This document shows, one piece after another, positions 59,876 to 64,000 of a stretch of 64,000 bases of DNA; the stretch's first letter is position 1, and each line of letters opens with the position of its first letter. This stretch comes from Candidatus Poribacteria bacterium (GTDB lineage: Bacteria > Poribacteria > WGA-4E > PCPOR2b): NCBI GenBank assembly GCA_965208675.1, contig OZ242351.1, positions 3,776,001 through 3,840,000 on the forward strand, written 5' to 3'. A program made the position numbers and the translations under genes. The notes under the pieces were generated by a model. That model had not been told where the DNA came from and did no database searches. It saw only the letters and a program-made list of their open reading frames with translations.

Positions 59876-60694
59876 ATGTTTGGGATTCAGAATTGGAAGC
59901 AGGCACTCGGTTTAATGGCGTTGGGCAGCGTGTTCACCATCATCGGGTTGCTACTGTCTCCAGTCTCAGCGCAACGAGACAAGTTCGGGGAAATTGAGTG
60001 CACGAAGCTGACGGTCGTTGACGCGAACGGAAAACCGAGGGTGTTGATCGCCACCGACATAATCGGTAGTGATTATAGTGCCGACACCATACGGGTGCGT
60101 GTTATTGGCCATGGACTCGGCGCGTTTGTCTCTACCCATGGCATGGATGGGAAAACGGGGGCTGCGCTCGCTGTCTCACATCTAATCGGGGGGGCTGTCA
60201 CAGTCTATGATTACGATGGGATACTTGCAGCGGAACTCAAAGGCGAAAAGTATCGGAGAGGCGTCAGGGTCTATGGCGAGAATGGGAAACGAGCAGCGGA
60301 ACTCCTCGCCATTGAAAACCTCGGGATTGTCGAAACCTATGGCAAGGATGGCAAACCGATGGTAGGGCTCGGCACCGGAAAACATGGTGGGACTGTCGTT
60401 GCCTATGGCACGGATGGTGAATCGATAGCAAGGCTCGGCATCTTAGAACATGGCGGAACGGTCGCCGCCCTTGGAAAGGATGGTAATTTGGGGGCGGTGC
60501 TCAGTCTTGATGAACATGGAGGTAGTGTCAATGCCTATGGCAAGGATGGTAAATCGGAAGCATGGGTCGGTATCCGAGAACACGGCGGTTTTGTGCAGGT
60601 AAGAGGTAAAGGCGAGGGCGCGGCGGCCATGGGTGTAAATGAATACGGGAACGGCGCGGTGTCCACTTGGGACAAAAACGGCGTTCGACGGTGA
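59876..60694 (+). CDS. Gly-rich repeat protein member 3
   Basis: SPVSAQRDKFGEIECTKLTVVD; EHGG.V.AYGKDGK repeats; GNGAVSTWDKNGVRR. Confidence 0.82.
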   Translation: MFGIQNWKQALGLMALGSVFTIIGLLLSPVSAQRDKFGEIECTKLTVVDANGKPRVLIATDIIGSDYSADTIRVRVIGHGLGAFVSTHGMDGKTGAALAVSHLIGGAVTVYDYDGILAAELKGEKYRRGVRVYGENGKRAAELLAIENLGIVETYGKDGKPMVGLGTGKHGGTVVAYGTDGESIARLGILEHGGTVAALGKDGNLGAVLSLDEHGGSVNAYGKDGKSEAWVGIREHGGFVQVRGKGEGAAAMGVNEYGNGAVSTWDKNGVRR

Positions 60695-60725
60695 GAGCTA
60701 ACCTCAAACACAAGGAGTTTATCCA

Positions 60726-61574
60726 ATGAAGTCAATCAAAGAAAAACTGGCATATTTTATCAGTGGGGGGCTACTCGTCACGGTCGGCATGACACTCTCA
60801 CCTGTCACCGCACAAAAAGACAAATTCGGTGAAATTGAGTGTACGAAGTTGACAGTCGTTGATGTGGACGGCAAGCCGCTGATGGCGCTCGGTATCGAAG
60901 AACACGGTGCGTTTGTCATTGCCGGTGGCAAAGATGGGAAATCGATGGCGTTCCTCGGTATTGATGAATATGGCGGTAGGGTCAGTGTCGGTGGCAAGGA
61001 TGGGCAATTAAAAGCTGTGCTCAATATCTCTGAACACGGAGGACGTGTGCAGGTAAAGAGTAAAGGCGTGGGCAAGGTTGTCTCAGGTGTGAATGAATCC
61101 GGGCAAAAAGATAAGTTTGACACGATTCAGTGTTCTCGGCTGGAGGTGGTTGATGCGGACGGCAAGCCGCTTGTAGTGCTCGCTATCGGTGAATACGGCG
61201 GGGGTGTCGGCGCCTATGGCAAGGATGGCAAATCGATCGCAGGGCTCGCTATCAGCGAACATGGAGGGCGTGTCGATGTTTTTGACAATGATAAGGGGGG
61301 ATTGCAGGCCGGACTCAGTATCGATGAACATGGAGGGCGTGTCGATGCTTATGGCAAGGATGGGGATTCGCAGGTGTCGCTCGATATCACAGAGCACGGC
61401 GGTTTGGCCAACGCTTATGGCAAAGACGGCAAATCGAGGGCGATGCTCGGTATTGCAGAACACGGTGGTTTCGTCAGTGCTCATGGCAAAATCAAGGGCA
61501 AAGCGATAATTGGTGTGAATCAATCCGGGAACGGCGCCGTTTCCACGTGGGATAAAAACGGCGTTCGACGGTGA
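60726..61574 (+). CDS. Gly-rich repeat protein member 4 (two fused modules)
   Basis: Internal second head QKDKFDTIQCSRLEVVD. Confidence 0.82.
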   Translation: MKSIKEKLAYFISGGLLVTVGMTLSPVTAQKDKFGEIECTKLTVVDVDGKPLMALGIEEHGAFVIAGGKDGKSMAFLGIDEYGGRVSVGGKDGQLKAVLNISEHGGRVQVKSKGVGKVVSGVNESGQKDKFDTIQCSRLEVVDADGKPLVVLAIGEYGGGVGAYGKDGKSIAGLAISEHGGRVDVFDNDKGGLQAGLSIDEHGGRVDAYGKDGDSQVSLDITEHGGLANAYGKDGKSRAMLGIAEHGGFVSAHGKIKGKAIIGVNQSGNGAVSTWDKNGVRR

Positions 61575-61605
61575 GAGCTAACCTCAAACTCAAGGAGTTT
61601 ATCCA

Positions 61606-62301
61606 ATGAAGTCAATCAAAGAAAAACTGGCGTATTTAATCAGTGGCGGGCTACTCGTCGCGGTCGGCGTGACACTGTCTCCAGTCACCGCGCAAAAAGA
61701 TAAATTCGGTGAGATTGAATGCACGAAGCTTACGGTCGTTGATGCCAACGGCAAAGCTAGGGTGAAGCTCGATGAATTCGGGGTTAAGTGTATTGAGGGG
61801 TTGGGGTTTCTTCTCGTTGATGCGGATGGCAACCTGTTGGGCCAAATGTCAAGAGGCGGACAGGGCGGGTATGTCGGCGTCTATGGCAAGGATGGTGAAT
61901 CGCACGTGTTGATCGGTATCGAACCAGGTGGCGGTTTGGTGCAAGTTACTAGCAATGGGGGTGAATCGCAAACGAGGCTCGGTTTCTCCGGATACGGTGG
62001 GCATGTCAAAATCTATAGCGACAAAGCTAGGATTCCGACGGTGTCGCTCATGACTGATGAGCACGGCGGGAGAGTCAAGGCCTATGACAAAAAAGGGCTA
62101 TTTGGGGTGGAGCTTGATATCGATGAACATGGGGGCAGTGTCACTGCCAGTGGAAAGAATGGCCAATCCATGCTCAGTATCGGTGAACACGGTGGTCGTG
62201 TGGACGTAAGAGGCAAAGGCGATGGCAAGGCTGCCATGGGTGTGAATGAATACGGCAACGGCGCGGTGTCCACTTTTGACAAAAACGGTTACAGGCAGTA
62301 A
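61606..62301 (+). CDS. Gly-rich repeat protein member 5
   Basis: N-terminus near-identical to member 4; VSTFDKNGYRQ. Confidence 0.82.
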   Translation: MKSIKEKLAYLISGGLLVAVGVTLSPVTAQKDKFGEIECTKLTVVDANGKARVKLDEFGVKCIEGLGFLLVDADGNLLGQMSRGGQGGYVGVYGKDGESHVLIGIEPGGGLVQVTSNGGESQTRLGFSGYGGHVKIYSDKARIPTVSLMTDEHGGRVKAYDKKGLFGVELDIDEHGGSVTASGKNGQSMLSIGEHGGRVDVRGKGDGKAAMGVNEYGNGAVSTFDKNGYRQ

Positions 62302-62322
62302 CCCCATTTGTTTGGACACGAA

Positions 62323-62451
62323 ATGCGGGACGTGATTGGAAATGTATGTGCGGGGGTTATAGCGCTTGTTGAAATTGTACTTGTGGCTTGTGTTATACTA
62401 TCGCCGATAGCATTTGTGGTTTTTGTTGATAACTATTGTGGAATCTTTTAA
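62323..62451 (+). CDS. 42-aa hydrophobic peptide
   Basis: MRDVIGNVCAGVIALVEIVLVACVILSPIAFVVFVDNYCGIF; weak SD. Confidence 0.4.
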   Translation: MRDVIGNVCAGVIALVEIVLVACVILSPIAFVVFVDNYCGIF

Positions 62452-62482
62452 CTCATCTAATTTCTTAGGAGGATTAAAACCT

Positions 62483-62584
62483 ATGAAATGTTTGTTTTGT
62501 GTTTTCATTGGTTTGGTGATTGCATGGTTGCTGTATGTTATTATGGATTTTTTAAGCAGAGTGCACATGCCCATGTTGAGTTGA
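62483..62584 (+). CDS. 33-aa single-TM peptide
   Basis: SD AGGAGG; MKCLFCVFIGLVIAWLLYVIMDFLSRVHMPMLS. Confidence 0.5.
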   Translation: MKCLFCVFIGLVIAWLLYVIMDFLSRVHMPMLS

Positions 62585-62677
62585 TAAACCTGACACATTA
62601 TCAACGCGTTATACATAAATTCCGATTGTGGCGGGGGACGAATATGTGAACTTGCCCCCAATGTTTAGACAGTTCTT

Positions 62678-63036
62678 GTAGGTTGGGTTAAGCGGAGTAA
62701 ATGCGAGAGCGTAAGATGTTGAATGAGATTTGGTAAAATGAAGTTGTTTGGAATTAGTTAAGACGTAGCGAACCCAACGCTTCTCGTTAATTGCGAGGCG
62801 TTCAGGTCATCGCGAACCATGCGGAATTACAAAAAACGTTGGGATCAACTGAGCGAATAACGAAGGATCAAGCGACTGAATAGGGAGCGCGATAGTCCTG
62901 TCCATTTTTTTTGCTTCTTCGTACGACGAAAAGTGTTGGGTAACGCTCCGCGCATCGGATTCTGCACGTCGTTAGGTTTCCAGAGCGCAACATAAAATTG
63001 TACGCCATCTGGTGAAGACCGCTCAACCCAACCTAC
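62678..63036. repeat. REPIN/MITE-like element with two nested 23-bp units
   Basis: GTAGGTTGGGTTAAGCGG ... CCGCTCAACCCAACCTAC; left end shared with the element at 56411. Confidence 0.8.
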
Positions 63037-63059
63037 AAGAGCTAGCGAGAGCATTCCCA

Positions 63060-63320
63060 TCAGGTATCTTCCCGTTCTTTAACAAGTGCTCCCTCTTTAA
63101 CGACATAGTGCGGTATTTCAGCAATAAAGTGCTGTTCCTCTATTGCCTCCCTCAAACGTTCCAAACGTTCTTCGGCTTCCTCACGCGTATCGCACGGCAA
63201 ATCTACATAATTGCCATCTATCGTCCTAATTCGAATTGTCGGAAAATCAATCCGAATACTTCTAATAGCATCTACATTCAGATAAAAATCGCCGTTTATT
63301 GCTTCAATTTTCAAAAACAC
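63060..63320 (-). CDS. 86-aa hypothetical protein (FlbD-like N-terminal pattern), probable paralog of 15899
   Basis: GTG after AAGGGGGG; INGDFYLNVDAIRSI. Confidence 0.65.
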   Translation of the reverse strand: MFLKIEAINGDFYLNVDAIRSIRIDFPTIRIRTIDGNYVDLPCDTREEAEERLERLREAIEEQHFIAEIPHYVVKEGALVKEREDT

Positions 63321-63342
63321 AACAGCCCCCCTTCTACACTAG

Positions 63343-63490
63343 TGGCGAGACAGACCGACCGGCAATTTTCGGGGAATGCACTATCCTTTGTCGGCAGTCG
63401 GGTGTCCCGCCATAAGTTGACGGCGAGATAGCTTGGCAAAGGAAGAAAAGGGACAGGACCAAACCCTGTCAAAAAACCGAGCATCTCGCC
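63343..63490 (-). repeat. Tandem hairpins H12 (63422-63490) + H11 (63343-63412) of the array family
   Basis: Minus strand: GGCGAGATGCTCGG...CCAAGC-t-ATCTCGCC-GTCAACTTAT-GGCGGGACA...TGTCTCGCCA. Confidence 0.7.
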
Positions 63491-63781
63491 TCAAGATTGA
63501 AAACAGTTTTTGCAGGTTGAGTTTAGCCTACGGCGAAACCCGACGATCAACTGAATAGTTTTCTGCAATCACCGGTCAAAGATACTATTTAAATTATCAA
63601 AAAAAGGTTGTGTTGTGCTTCACCCACACAAATCTTAAAGTCAAACAACATAACAACCACATGCGCCAAACCAAAAAAGTTTTGATTAACGGGGAAAACT
63701 ATCGCTTTCGCTATCCGCTCAGTTAATCGCTCAACCCAACCTACAAGAGCTGGGATGGCTTTGCGTTCCGTTCTCTATATT

Positions 63782-64000
63782 TCAGCCTTCGTAGCGAAGG
63801 TGGACGATTTTGTTGATTGCGTCAATGTAGGCTTTTGCGCTTGCTACGATGATGTCAATACTGGCGCCATGACCAACAATCATTCGTCCGTTGTCCTGCA
63901 CTTTAATCGTGACTTCACCGATGGCATCCTTCCCCTCGGTTACGGAGCGGATGCGGTAGTCCGTGAGGGTGAGCGGCATCTTGACGATGCGGTCGATGGC
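63782..64000 (-). CDS. leuA: 2-isopropylmalate synthase, C-terminal regulatory domain (partial)
   Basis: L.DY.I.SVTEGKDAIGEV.I......G.G.S.DII.ASAKAYIDAIN. Confidence 0.88.
   Translation of the reverse strand, partial: AIDRIVKMPLTLTDYRIRSVTEGKDAIGEVTIKVQDNGRMIVGHGASIDIIVASAKAYIDAINKIVHLRYEG

Noticed and set aside
53742-62301. Intact prophage around the terminase
   Set aside because: No portal, capsid, tail, integrase or att repeats seen; the flanking repeat proteins carry Sec-type signals.
1-64000. tRNA/rRNA genes or IS transposases
   Set aside because: No cloverleaf/T-loop signature, rRNA sequence or transposase ORF recognised by eye.

Overview
Bacterial window of about 50% GC, almost all coding on the + strand. 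Six large secreted proteins end in a 'LLxNYPNPFNPETWIPY...YWDG' C-terminal domain and carry WD40, LRR, cohesin or dockerin modules, which suggests Candidatus Poribacteria or a similar host-associated lineage (inference, not a database result). Core genes flank the window: 2-oxoacid:ferredoxin oxidoreductase alpha/beta plus aceE-aceF-lpdA (0.06-8.6 kb) and the 3' end of leuA (63.8-64 kb). The ~55 kb accessory region between them holds hicBA, two paralogous PAS-kinase/sigma54-activator pairs (the second activator damaged), a secreted-protein cluster, an isolated terminase-like gene pair that splits a tandem family of Gly-rich repeat proteins, several pseudogenes and many REP-like repeats. Two features are not explained by standard annotation. 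First, a consensus sigma54 promoter with three palindromic upstream sites is followed by small genes interleaved with about 10 related hairpins. These have conserved outer stems, often (R)CCTTAT linkers, and variable loops that are often complementary to SD/start-codon sequences; two more copies lie at 63.3-63.5 kb. Second, a 23-bp repeat at about 16 loci has variable bases that covary to keep a hairpin with tandem G.A pairs and a GAATA loop.
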